NCBI GenBank assembly: GCA_050633245.1
Contig: JBOEGD010000010.1
Location: 157,989 to 221,988, forward strand
Source of the DNA: Calditrichia bacterium
Lineage (GTDB): Bacteria; Calditrichota; Calditrichia; RBG-13-44-9; J075
Direction of reading: 5' to 3'
Length of the DNA: 64,000 bases
A program made the position numbers and the translations under genes. This document shows, piece by piece, positions 9,763 to 19,649 of this stretch; position 1 is the stretch's first letter, and every line of letters begins with the position of its first letter. The notes beneath the pieces were generated by a model. It worked only from the letters and a program-made list of their open reading frames with translations. It did not search any database and was not told where the DNA came from.

Positions 9763-11127
9763 ATGAATAAACGTATTATCTCCGTGTTGTTTTATATTTT
9801 CATTTTTCTAACGCTATACAATACGCTTATCCCGTTTCAGTTTGACTATGGTTTTGCTGATCTGCCCGATCAGATTAGCAAAATCAGCCTGCCGGATCTC
9901 AGCGATCTGCCCTTAACTGACATAGTGGGCAACATCCTGCTTTTCATGCCCTTTGGCTTTCTTGGATTTGTATTCCTTCAGCAGCGTGGGTTTGGAAATG
10001 CTTTATTATTGATTGGCGCGGCCGGATTTGCACTAAGTCTGTTTATCGAGTTTGTTCAGCTGTTTATTATGAATAGAAATACAGCGCCGCACGACTTGTT
10101 CAACAACTCACTCGGCACGCTAATCGGTGCGACAGGCGCCGCTATTTACGCCGGACAAATCGGAACTCATGCGCGTAACGCTTTACTGGAGCTCTATCGA
10201 AAACAGCCCTACGCTCTTATTCCTGTGCTCATTGCACTGGCGCAGAGTGTCGCCGCTATTATGCCATTTACCGTATCGATAACCGTATCCTCACTCAAGA
10301 AGAGTTTAAAGTCGACTAATATTGTTCCGTTCGACTATCAGAGTTTTGGGAAGTTATTTTTGGGTTATCCCAATCGGCAGGATGATTTACCTTTCGACTT
10401 TACTGCAATGATTGAAGACGTGTTATTTTGGTCCGCGATTGGTTACGTTTTTTATATGTGCTACCGCCTCTACTGGCAAAGTAACAGCAAAGGAAAATGG
10501 TTACTCATTGGCGCTCCCCTACTCTTTTTTCCCATGCTCGAATTTGGCCAGCTGTTTATCACAAAGCGTTTCACAGATATTAACGACATTATCAGCGGCT
10601 ACAGCGGCGTTGCACTTGGTTGCTTTATGGCTTCACGAATGCTACCACAACAGAATCCACTAAAGCCAGCCTTAGAACTGCTAAAAACACCTCTCATAAT
10701 CTATACGGCCTTCATCCTTTTCTCAGGACTCAGGCCGTTCGATTGGTCATTGGCCTCAGAAGTTCTCGCGAAGGATTTATTTGCCGAGAACCTCATTCCT
10801 TTCTACGCGTACTTTCGCAAAACCAGCCTGTGGAATATTTATGATCTGGTAAACTCACTGACATTTTTACTTCCAATCAGTTTGTATTGGACATATCAAT
10901 TACGCAAGAGCGGCAGTGCATTTGGAGGGATTTATATGAAGACGTTTCTGGCGGGTCTGGCAGTGGGCGCCTTTATAGAGTTTACACAACTTTTATCTTT
11001 TAGTCGAATTGCGGAAATTACCGACGTGCTTGCGTATGCTGGAGGCGGGGCTTTGGGAACATTTATGATTTATTACTACGAGCAGCAGATTATTCCGCTA
11101 TTAAGCTCAAATGAATCCGTTGGCTGA
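9763..11127 (+). CDS. Multi-domain VanZ family membrane protein
   Basis: DIVGNILLFMPFG, IEFVQLF..RNTAPHDLFNN and two further E.Q...R..DI.D repeats. Confidence 0.85.
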   Translation: MNKRIISVLFYIFIFLTLYNTLIPFQFDYGFADLPDQISKISLPDLSDLPLTDIVGNILLFMPFGFLGFVFLQQRGFGNALLLIGAAGFALSLFIEFVQLFIMNRNTAPHDLFNNSLGTLIGATGAAIYAGQIGTHARNALLELYRKQPYALIPVLIALAQSVAAIMPFTVSITVSSLKKSLKSTNIVPFDYQSFGKLFLGYPNRQDDLPFDFTAMIEDVLFWSAIGYVFYMCYRLYWQSNSKGKWLLIGAPLLFFPMLEFGQLFITKRFTDINDIISGYSGVALGCFMASRMLPQQNPLKPALELLKTPLIIYTAFILFSGLRPFDWSLASEVLAKDLFAENLIPFYAYFRKTSLWNIYDLVNSLTFLLPISLYWTYQLRKSGSAFGGIYMKTFLAGLAVGAFIEFTQLLSFSRIAEITDVLAYAGGGALGTFMIYYYEQQIIPLLSSNESVG

Positions 11128-11141
11128 GGAATAGTAAACTT

Positions 11142-12203
11142 CTAGCAATTCAGTGCGACAATAGCCTTCTCAATTTCCGCCCAGGAAGACTCATCCCCCA
11201 ACATAAGCGAATAGTGTTGCGCCTCTTCCTGGTAACCATATTGTATCATATTCGACTTAATGAAAAGCGTCAGTGTCGGAATACGCAGCGCAACGGCCAG
11301 GTGCATCGGCCCTGTGTCGGCGGAGACGAACAACCTGAAGCATGAAAAGTATGCCGAGGTTTCCATTAGGCTGCGCTGCCAAATCAAGGTTCTCTCGCGA
11401 ATCCATTCTGGATAGTCTGCAATATGAGCCTCATCTGCAGGTGCGGCCGCAAAGTGAATCTGCTCTTCCCCACCCTTCTCGATAAGCTTATACAGCCTCT
11501 CGAACACTTCACCATCAAGCACCTTGCTTTTTGTTGCTCCCAGCCAAATCAACACACCACCGGTTCTCTCTGGGAAATCTGACTCTACTTTCTTTATTGA
11601 TTCCTTTGGAACAGAAAAACCGCCAAATTTACATTCAGCTTTTGAGTCAAAGGTACGCCACAGATCCAGCATCGACTCTGCATAATGCTGCTCCGTTGTG
11701 GAGCTAATGGCAAGGTCATAAAAATCGCGACTATCGCGGGCATCGAAACCAACCAGCATACGAGGTTTTAGTAATCGACCAAAGATGGCTTGAGAAAGCG
11801 AAAAATTATCGGGGTTATGCGATGAGAACGCGACATCAAGTTTTTCGCGTCGCAGCTTGCGAATGAGAGAAAGATAACGCCAGGGTCTTGCAAGCAGCTC
11901 GGGCTGATTGTATGCCCAATAGCTCTCCACAAGGCCATCTGTAGTCGCCTTGAATAAATTTGCAACCGGATGATGAATGAAGTAGTAAATCTGCAAATCC
12001 GGTTTACTCTGCTTCATGGCTCTAAGCAGCGGTAGGAGCATAATTCCATTGCCCAGCCTTTGGTCCAGCCGAAACACGATCACTTTGTTCAACTCACTTA
12101 ATCGAAGCGCTGGCTGCCTGTTTTTTGCAAACAAAAGTTGGAGCGAGGCTTTAAGAATCCGCTTAAAGCGTTTTTCAAGTTTTTTTAAGAATGGAGATGC
12201 CAT
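11142..12203 (-). CDS. Glycosyltransferase family 9 (heptosyltransferase-like)
   Basis: RLDQRLGN and FVSADTGPMHLAVAL..PT..LF motifs. Confidence 0.88.
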   Translation of the reverse strand: MASPFLKKLEKRFKRILKASLQLLFAKNRQPALRLSELNKVIVFRLDQRLGNGIMLLPLLRAMKQSKPDLQIYYFIHHPVANLFKATTDGLVESYWAYNQPELLARPWRYLSLIRKLRREKLDVAFSSHNPDNFSLSQAIFGRLLKPRMLVGFDARDSRDFYDLAISSTTEQHYAESMLDLWRTFDSKAECKFGGFSVPKESIKKVESDFPERTGGVLIWLGATKSKVLDGEVFERLYKLIEKGGEEQIHFAAAPADEAHIADYPEWIRERTLIWQRSLMETSAYFSCFRLFVSADTGPMHLAVALRIPTLTLFIKSNMIQYGYQEEAQHYSLMLGDESSWAEIEKAIVALNC

Positions 12204-12211
12204 GGGGCGAA

Positions 12212-12240
12212 AACTTAAGCGGATAGCAGCTTAATGTCAA
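12212..12240 (-). promoter_or_regulatory. sigma70-type promoter for the GT9 gene
   Basis: TTGACA-N17-TAAGTT on the minus strand. Confidence 0.55.
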
Positions 12241-12308
12241 TTTAATTTCAAAAGTCCTTCTCTGAATGACAGACGCTTCGTAAGATGGGTGCATAAAAAA
12301 GGAACCGA

Positions 12309-13532
12309 ATGGACAAGCTTCAACTCATATTCTTCTTCATCACCGGCTTTTTGGTATCGCGCCTGTTCATTAAAGTTCAGCTGCCCGAACGCATGGTATT
12401 TAGCCTGCTCGGCGGACGATCCAATTCCTTTCCGAAAGTTATTTTCTATCTGATCTCGATTTCTGCACTATTGTCTTTTTTCATACCAAATGTCATCACA
12501 GTTTTAACATTGCTTCCCATTCTGGAATTGTTGCGCCGTGCCTATGCGGAAGCTGAGGAAGGCTCTGCAATCGGCAGTATCTCAACAATTCTTGCGTTGG
12601 CAACAATTTACGGAGCAAACATTGGTGGTATGGGTTCGGTGACTGCAACACCGGCTAACGGTATTTTGGTAACCTATACCGAGCTAAATAGCGTAGTAGG
12701 AACCAGCGCCATTACCTTTGCCGGCTGGATGAGCTGGGGTATTCCATTGGTCATTTTGTTGGTTGCTGCGGCATGGCTGGTGCTAATGGCCATTTTCCGT
12801 CCATGGCGTTACAAGAACACCGAGCTCAAACTTCCCTTCGAACTCGAGGCAATCTCGCATCCCTGGCAGCGCCTGACCGTTAAGATCGCCGTCGGCTATT
12901 TTATCTCTTCACTTTTCCTTTCGGCACTTATCATGAAGTATCCGGCCTATACGCTGGAAATAATCGTGCTAACCGGTGTGTTAACGTTGGCCTTTGCGCT
13001 TTTCTTATTTTTCTATCCACTACCGCTGGATTCGGCTAAACAACCGATGCTGGCAATTGCAGACTGCTATAGCAACTTGCCGATGCGTGGATTTTTTTTC
13101 GTCGGAATCGCTATCGTTTTAGCAGGGTTGATTTATCTGAGTGGACTGGACAAATTATTTTCGGCGTGGATATCGGGTAACTTTCCGCGCGAGCTGCCGA
13201 TTTACCTAATGTTTATTCTGCTGGCATTAATGACCTCATTTGCAACAGAGATTCTGAGCAATACAGCCGTTCAGATTGGATTATTTTTAATTATTCTACC
13301 GCTATCAGCAGCAATGGGCTTCGATGCAATGTCAGCCATGTTAATTATCACCCTTTCCTCTACATCGGCATTTATGAGTCCCATTGCCACAGGCGTAAAC
13401 GGACTTGCATTTGGAGGAGTCAAAGATGTTTCGATTACCAAAATGCTAGTTAGCGGTTTCGTAATGAATTCGGTCGGTGCCCTGATTATTTCGATGTGGG
13501 TTATCTATGTGGTTAGCGTATTTACCGGCTAA
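12309..13532 (+). CDS. SLC13/DASS family permease (short N-terminus)
   Basis: YGANIGGMGS..ATPAN, TEILSNTA and SAFMSPIATG.N motifs. Confidence 0.85.
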   Translation: MDKLQLIFFFITGFLVSRLFIKVQLPERMVFSLLGGRSNSFPKVIFYLISISALLSFFIPNVITVLTLLPILELLRRAYAEAEEGSAIGSISTILALATIYGANIGGMGSVTATPANGILVTYTELNSVVGTSAITFAGWMSWGIPLVILLVAAAWLVLMAIFRPWRYKNTELKLPFELEAISHPWQRLTVKIAVGYFISSLFLSALIMKYPAYTLEIIVLTGVLTLAFALFLFFYPLPLDSAKQPMLAIADCYSNLPMRGFFFVGIAIVLAGLIYLSGLDKLFSAWISGNFPRELPIYLMFILLALMTSFATEILSNTAVQIGLFLIILPLSAAMGFDAMSAMLIITLSSTSAFMSPIATGVNGLAFGGVKDVSITKMLVSGFVMNSVGALIISMWVIYVVSVFTG

Positions 13533-13571
13533 TTTATTGTCTAATGCAGAACTCAAAACCACAGGGTTGCT

Positions 13572-13904
13572 ATGAGTGAACTTTCCCTTAGAGAATGTCA
13601 GGATAAAGTAGACCAGTGGATCAAAGAAATTGGGGTGCGCTACTTTTCTGAACTTACAAACTTGGCGCAGCTTGTTGAAGAGGTCGGTGAGGTCGCTCGA
13701 ATTTTATCCCGAACGTATGGTGACCAAAGCTTTAAGAAATCGGACATGGATAAGAACCTTGGCGATGAGATGGCAGATGTTCTTTTCGTACTTATCTGTC
13801 TGGCGAACCAAACCGGAATAGACTTGACTGAGGCCTTTGAGAAAAACCTGAAAAAGAAAACCCGGCGCGATAAGAATCGACACCGGGATAATCCGAAACT
13901 GTAA
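13572..13904 (+). CDS. MazG-like nucleotide pyrophosphohydrolase (YpjD family)
   Basis: LVEEVGEVAR and DEMADVLFVLICLANQ motifs. Confidence 0.92.
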   Translation: MSELSLRECQDKVDQWIKEIGVRYFSELTNLAQLVEEVGEVARILSRTYGDQSFKKSDMDKNLGDEMADVLFVLICLANQTGIDLTEAFEKNLKKKTRRDKNRHRDNPKL

Positions 13905-13924
13905 TTTCTTCCTGTCTACCAGCG

Positions 13925-16537
13925 CTATCGCATCAGCACCATTTTTCGTGTATCTGTAAAAATCGCCCCGGCATTCTCAGCAGGGTTAATTGCAACCATA
14001 CGATAGAAATATACGCTGCTCGCCACCTGATAACCACTTTCATCTCGTCCATCCCACTCTAACTCATAGCGGCCTGACGGTTGAATACCGGATGCCAGAG
14101 TGCGTATTTTTTGACCGAGTAAATTATAAATCGCGATATCAACACTCGCTCTTACCGGCAATTGGTATGTAATGCGGGTGGTTGGATTGAACGGGTTCGG
14201 GTAATTCTCACTCAATACAAATTTTGTCGGGAAAAGCGGTTCCAAGTCAATACCAACGACTCCGCCAATCGTCAACTCTACCGGAATTCCAAATAGTGTT
14301 TCGTCGGGATCATTGGTAACCAACTCCAACACGCCTTCCAGCTGCTCGCCTTGAATCAAGCCATTGGTGTCGAATGTGACACTGATGGTATCTGTCTCGC
14401 CCGCTAGCAGTGTTCCGCTATCCTGCGACAAAGACAGCCAGGGAAGATCGCCCTGAGGATCGATGCCTACCGCTCCGTTACCAACATCCGGCAGGAAGTC
14501 TTGCGAAGAGATGTTGCCCACTGCAGGGTTCAGATTGCCGCCAAATCCGGCAATTGCCAAATTGCCATCATCATTGATTATGCTCAAAGGAAGAGTAAAG
14601 GATACGATATTTCCACTTGTTGAGACATTACCGGTAAAAAGCGGAGCACTTGAAGGTGTTCCATTGTCACCGACCCAAATGCTAAACGAATTTGCTGGTG
14701 CACCAGTAGCAGGAAAAGCAGGCAGGTTTAATAAAATGTCATACTCTGCCCCAACATTTTGCGCTTGTAAATTAAAACCAAATCCGCCTGGAAACGCACC
14801 GGTATTCACATTAAAATCCGTATCAAGTGACAGCAATAGATAAGCACTATCTGGATCCGGTGTATTTAGAAATTCGAATTCCAGAGTGATGTCCGTTGTG
14901 TTAACAGTTGCAAAAGCAGCAATAATGTCACCACCAGAGCCAAATACCAGATCACCAGCCGGGTCAGTGAAAATGGTATCACCTACTGCAGAACTAATGC
15001 CATTTGAGGTTTGCGTTACTTCAGGGAAACTGCTGATATAATCGTTAGCAATTATTCTGCTGGCGGTATGAGACAAATCAGGCAGCTCTGGCTGTAGAAA
15101 AAGCGGTCCATTTATATCGCGGATGCTGTATTGCAGAATTCCGGAAGGACCATCATTGCTAACAACAAAATCCAGGGAAACAGTGGTATCTGCCGGCAGG
15201 CTTATCGCCAACGAATCGCTTGATGTGCCGATATCAGCAAGGTTTGCATTTAATGCAGCATCGAGGATTACGGTGTTACCGGCTGTTACTGTAACCATCA
15301 GCGTATCGGCAAAGTAACCAATTTTGGAGAACTCAACGCTCTGTATGCCTTCTGCCAATCCAATACCATATACACCATTAGCATCGCCGACGGTGGTTTT
15401 ACCAGATTCTAAAAAGCGCACATTTACATCAGGTATCGGCATAGCAGATGTTGCATCGGTAATGGTTCCATCGACAAAACCGGCACGTTTTTCTTCATAC
15501 TCGACTACATATAAACCGGTTTGGATATCGCCAATATAAAGCTTGTTGTCTAAACCAAAAGGATAGAGTCCCCAGGCTCCATTAAAATTTGGTGAATCAC
15601 CTTGCGGATAAGAATCATACGACCCCACTTCTGTGGGACGCGCGGGGTCTGAGATATCGACCAACTTTATACCTGATTCGTAGTGGGACATTATCATATA
15701 GTCATTTTGGATGAATACGTTATGAGCCAGTTCACTCTCTCCTAAATACTCACCTACCAAACTAATATTATTGAGGTCGGCAATATCCCACACCTTAACC
15801 GTTTTACCAGCCGTTTCCTCTGTCGTGGCCATAATCGTGTTGTCTTCGGATACCCAAACATTATGAACATAACCGCCTGCAGGTACGTTCACCCGCTGAA
15901 GCAGTGCGGGATTAACAGGATCGTGCATATCAAAGATGCCGATAGTAGGGCTACTACCTTCAGCAACATACAAAATACTGTCTTTCGCAAATACATCGTG
16001 TGCATCAATGCCCAAGGGGCTGCTTAGGGTAGATATTTCGAACGGATTCTGCGGAAAGGCCAGGCTGAAAACACGCACTGGTGTGTTGAAGTTAAAATCC
16101 TCTATTCCATAAAGCAGGCCGGACTGGGTATCTACAAAATTATTATGAGGATTTGTTGTAAAAAGCGGCAAGCTGTCGACAATGGTCGCAGAATTCGGTA
16201 AATCGACAAGATCAATTACCAGTAAATCACTACTACCTTCAGTGGTTACATAGCAAAAGGTGCCGAACGTTTTCATATCATACCAGCCGAAGTTTACCCA
16301 GGGCACAAATGCAACCTCTGCACTGTTAACAGCATCGGTTACGTCAATGATACTCACTCCACCATTGACTCCCAGCAGGGCGTATTCTCGTCCATCAGGT
16401 GCCTCATATCCCCATACATCTGTATATCCCTGCGATGAATGATCATCGACATTCGCAAGAAGAGACATGTTGTTGCCCTGTGCAAGGAGCATTGTTGATA
16501 AAAGCACTAAAAAGGCTGCGTAACGTAGTATTGACAT
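13925..16537 (-). CDS. Secreted choice-of-anchor B family protein with carboxypeptidase-regulatory-like domain and C-terminal sorting domain
   Basis: DVWGY..PDGREYAL, repeated HN/HD blades, GAWG.YP, and C-terminal NYPNPFNP...WDGRD...YFYR. Confidence 0.85.
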   Translation of the reverse strand: MSILRYAAFLVLLSTMLLAQGNNMSLLANVDDHSSQGYTDVWGYEAPDGREYALLGVNGGVSIIDVTDAVNSAEVAFVPWVNFGWYDMKTFGTFCYVTTEGSSDLLVIDLVDLPNSATIVDSLPLFTTNPHNNFVDTQSGLLYGIEDFNFNTPVRVFSLAFPQNPFEISTLSSPLGIDAHDVFAKDSILYVAEGSSPTIGIFDMHDPVNPALLQRVNVPAGGYVHNVWVSEDNTIMATTEETAGKTVKVWDIADLNNISLVGEYLGESELAHNVFIQNDYMIMSHYESGIKLVDISDPARPTEVGSYDSYPQGDSPNFNGAWGLYPFGLDNKLYIGDIQTGLYVVEYEEKRAGFVDGTITDATSAMPIPDVNVRFLESGKTTVGDANGVYGIGLAEGIQSVEFSKIGYFADTLMVTVTAGNTVILDAALNANLADIGTSSDSLAISLPADTTVSLDFVVSNDGPSGILQYSIRDINGPLFLQPELPDLSHTASRIIANDYISSFPEVTQTSNGISSAVGDTIFTDPAGDLVFGSGGDIIAAFATVNTTDITLEFEFLNTPDPDSAYLLLSLDTDFNVNTGAFPGGFGFNLQAQNVGAEYDILLNLPAFPATGAPANSFSIWVGDNGTPSSAPLFTGNVSTSGNIVSFTLPLSIINDDGNLAIAGFGGNLNPAVGNISSQDFLPDVGNGAVGIDPQGDLPWLSLSQDSGTLLAGETDTISVTFDTNGLIQGEQLEGVLELVTNDPDETLFGIPVELTIGGVVGIDLEPLFPTKFVLSENYPNPFNPTTRITYQLPVRASVDIAIYNLLGQKIRTLASGIQPSGRYELEWDGRDESGYQVASSVYFYRMVAINPAENAGAIFTDTRKMVLMR

Positions 16538-16742
16538 AATTACTCCATATTTTGCATTTTGATAATCCTCACCTCACTCTACATTGTTACGGCCTGCTCT
16601 AAAAAAAAGATTCAGTATCCAACCATATTTTTTAGAGAAAGTTTTAGCGGCTATAAAATCCCACCCACATCACAAAGCAAACGCATGTCGGTGTTTAGTT
16701 TCGGTTGTCGTAGAATTATGACTACCTTGGGGCAAGGCCACT

Positions 16743-19649
16743 ATGTTTGCGAAGTTGATCGTTACCAAAAAATCTGACCCTGAATGGCACTTAGAGCGCA
16801 TTTTCGAGCAGGAAGTTATCTCGCTCGGCAGGGATCGTACAAACAGCATTCGACTCGCTGATGACACGAAGTATATTTCGCGACATCACGCAGAGCTGAT
16901 CCGTGATATAGAAGTCTATCGTTTAATCGACCCCGGTAGTCTCAATCAAACCCTCCTCAACGACGTACAAATCGCAGAAAACATTCCATACGCCTTGCGC
17001 TCTGGTGATATCATCACTATCGGTGACTACTTAATTCATTTCTTATACGTTGAGGAACCGGAAGTAGAAGATGCCAAGTCTGAGGAAGAAATTGAGCCCT
17101 ATTTTGATGAGGAGCTCGTTGGCCTAAGCAATTGGTTGAAACGACTTCAGAAAAAATTCCGCGGAGAAGATCGCGAATACCGTCGCGAAATGTTACGTAG
17201 TGCCTTTTCGATTGCTCTGAACGATCCCGATATAACCGACTTTGGCCTGGTGTTCGAAGAAGTTATTCGAGATATCGCCTCAGATTCTCAACCGGCTCTT
17301 CAGACACCATCCAATCCCGACATCAAAGATCCTCAAGCTGGAACACTCGATGAGATGGAAGATCCGGCGACGCTGAATGACGAGATTACGCTAGACAATC
17401 TGCCTCCTGCCGAAGACGAAATCACTCTCGATAGCCTGCCGCAGATTGAAGATGAAATTACTCTGGATAATCTACCCAATATCGATGAGCCAGAGGAAGA
17501 ATTAGCTTCTGCCGAATCTGCCGAGAGCAGTCCTACATTAGAAGTCGATCAGACGGATGACTTTTCAGATCTTGTTTTTCCACAAGAAGAATCTGATGTC
17601 AGTGACGACCTCACGCTGGACCCCGATGTCAGCATTATAATCGAAGATGATGTTTCCTCGGAGGACACGACTGCGGACTCAGAGCTAAATGCTGATGACA
17701 GTAAGTCGAATGAATCGGAAGATTCTGATACCAGCATTTTTATAGAGCCCGGACATCCCTCTGAAGGCACTGATGACATCCCGTCTGAAGATTCCGATAC
17801 CGGTATTTTTATCGACCCGGAACCGAGCATGATGGAAGATTCCGATACCAGTATTTTTGTCGACCCGGAACCGAGCATGATGGAAGATTCCGATACCAGT
17901 ATTTTTGTCGACCCGGAACCAAGCATAGTAGAAGATCCCGACCCTAGCATTACGGTCGAACAGGATCCTGAGCCAAGCATCATGATAGATGAAGATGATG
18001 ACCTTAGCTTTATGTTAGAATCAAACATTGATGAGTCGGCAAGTGATGATGATAAACAACCTGAATCGGAAAAATCTGAGTCTCAAGATGACACGACCGA
18101 TGAGAAGACATTCCGCATCAACTCACCCGACGATACATTGATCATTCCCGATGGGTTCAGACATGAAGAGTTCGTGCGGTCTATGGATGAAACACACGAT
18201 GATTTGATAAATTCGGAATATCCCGATCTCAAAATCAGCGACAGTTCTGATGAAATAACCTTTTCGGATGAAGTAACAAACCAGCATGTCATTCCACCGG
18301 AAGATGCTACTGAAGACGATGTGACTCCACTGACACTTGAAGGGCAACTTCCCCGGACTCCAAGAACAGAAATCATTATTATTGATGATCCGGTCGAAAC
18401 AAAAGAAGATGTCCCCCAAAAATCCAGGAACGTAAAAGCACCTTCCGAGACGACTAAAGAACCAGATGAAACAGATGTTGGTGAAGAGCATGAAATAGAC
18501 AATCATTTATTCGATGAAGATGATGATACCTTCGAGACACTCAACCGCAAGAGATCTCAGGAATTGCCTGATGAAGAAGATGAAAAGCCTGCAGATCCGA
18601 GCGTCGCGAATGTCCCAGCCAAAGATTTAGAAGGGTCTACAGAAGACCAGTTGGAAGCCGAGGAAAAATCTAAGCCAAAGGAATTCGCTTTTGATCCGAA
18701 CACGGCGCCAATTGAACCAGAACTTCCAATTGATGACACCTGGATAAATTTAGACGACTCGTTTATTGAGCAACCGGAAGAAAAGCCAAATACCATTCCA
18801 CTGCTCGATCAAACAGAAGACATTGAAGAAGATGTCGTTGAAATTAGACTGACAGAAACAGACTCCGATGAAAGCCTGGTTGATGTAGAGGTTATTTATC
18901 CGGGTTCGCCCGAAAATCCTGCCGAGCCCGGCGTCGAGCAATCGACTCAGCAAGAGGCTAAATCTCCAAAACAAAAACCCGCAGACTCAGTTCACACTGG
19001 TCATCGATCGAAACGTGGTCAGGATGTTCGCGTTGGCGATCCGTTTGAAATAGCCAAGAACCTCGGCAATGGACATGATAACGATAGTAATTCTTCGCGC
19101 ATTGCATTGGAAATGATGATAAACGCAATGCTCGACACCTATCGAACCACCGAGCAGTTTCAAAAAGATTTCATCAAACTCAGTAATGCTGCTCAGGGCT
19201 CATTTGGTTCGAGCACTGCAGAAGAGCTTCACGATTATCTTTTCGACCCTTCCATTAACGATGAAGAGTCCCTCGATCGATTGCGAAAGATCCGGCAAAA
19301 GTTTGACGATGTAAACCTGCATCATCAGGCAGTAATGGATGGATATTGGGCGAGTATTACTGAGGGACGAGAGATAATCCTCGAGAACATTGATATTCAG
19401 CGCATCAAACAGGAAATAGGAAATCAATATTTCTATATTGTGGGCATTCGAATTCCAACGCGTTTTCTTCCAATTTACGTGAAGAAGAAGGCCTATAAAA
19501 CCCTGGAAAATCGAGTCAACTCATTAATTACTGAAAATCGACAGAATTTTCAGAAGAAGGTGTTTTGGCCATCATTTGTACGGGCATATACCAAACGAAT
19601 TGGCCGCAACAGGGCCAAAAAGAAACAGAAGTCCGACTACCAAAGGTGA
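16743..19649 (+). CDS. FHA-domain protein with long acidic disordered linker and TagH/Fha-like C-terminal domain
   Basis: FHA motifs LGR, ISRHHA and SLNQT. C-terminal HHQAVMDG and F.P.FVRAY motifs. Confidence 0.8.
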   Translation: MFAKLIVTKKSDPEWHLERIFEQEVISLGRDRTNSIRLADDTKYISRHHAELIRDIEVYRLIDPGSLNQTLLNDVQIAENIPYALRSGDIITIGDYLIHFLYVEEPEVEDAKSEEEIEPYFDEELVGLSNWLKRLQKKFRGEDREYRREMLRSAFSIALNDPDITDFGLVFEEVIRDIASDSQPALQTPSNPDIKDPQAGTLDEMEDPATLNDEITLDNLPPAEDEITLDSLPQIEDEITLDNLPNIDEPEEELASAESAESSPTLEVDQTDDFSDLVFPQEESDVSDDLTLDPDVSIIIEDDVSSEDTTADSELNADDSKSNESEDSDTSIFIEPGHPSEGTDDIPSEDSDTGIFIDPEPSMMEDSDTSIFVDPEPSMMEDSDTSIFVDPEPSIVEDPDPSITVEQDPEPSIMIDEDDDLSFMLESNIDESASDDDKQPESEKSESQDDTTDEKTFRINSPDDTLIIPDGFRHEEFVRSMDETHDDLINSEYPDLKISDSSDEITFSDEVTNQHVIPPEDATEDDVTPLTLEGQLPRTPRTEIIIIDDPVETKEDVPQKSRNVKAPSETTKEPDETDVGEEHEIDNHLFDEDDDTFETLNRKRSQELPDEEDEKPADPSVANVPAKDLEGSTEDQLEAEEKSKPKEFAFDPNTAPIEPELPIDDTWINLDDSFIEQPEEKPNTIPLLDQTEDIEEDVVEIRLTETDSDESLVDVEVIYPGSPENPAEPGVEQSTQQEAKSPKQKPADSVHTGHRSKRGQDVRVGDPFEIAKNLGNGHDNDSNSSRIALEMMINAMLDTYRTTEQFQKDFIKLSNAAQGSFGSSTAEELHDYLFDPSINDEESLDRLRKIRQKFDDVNLHHQAVMDGYWASITEGREIILENIDIQRIKQEIGNQYFYIVGIRIPTRFLPIYVKKKAYKTLENRVNSLITENRQNFQKKVFWPSFVRAYTKRIGRNRAKKKQKSDYQR
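17787..17950 (+). repeat. Intragenic 48-bp tandem repeat (EDSDTSIFVDPEPSMM) x3 plus degenerate copies
   Basis: GAAGATTCCGATACC starts at 17787, 17835 and 17883. Confidence 0.95.

Noticed and set aside
17787-17950. 48-bp repeats as a possible CRISPR array
   Set aside because: No unique spacers, in-frame within a CDS, and no cas genes.
17549-19427. Several antisense ORFs over the FHA protein
   Set aside because: Shadow ORFs of an acidic low-complexity coding strand.
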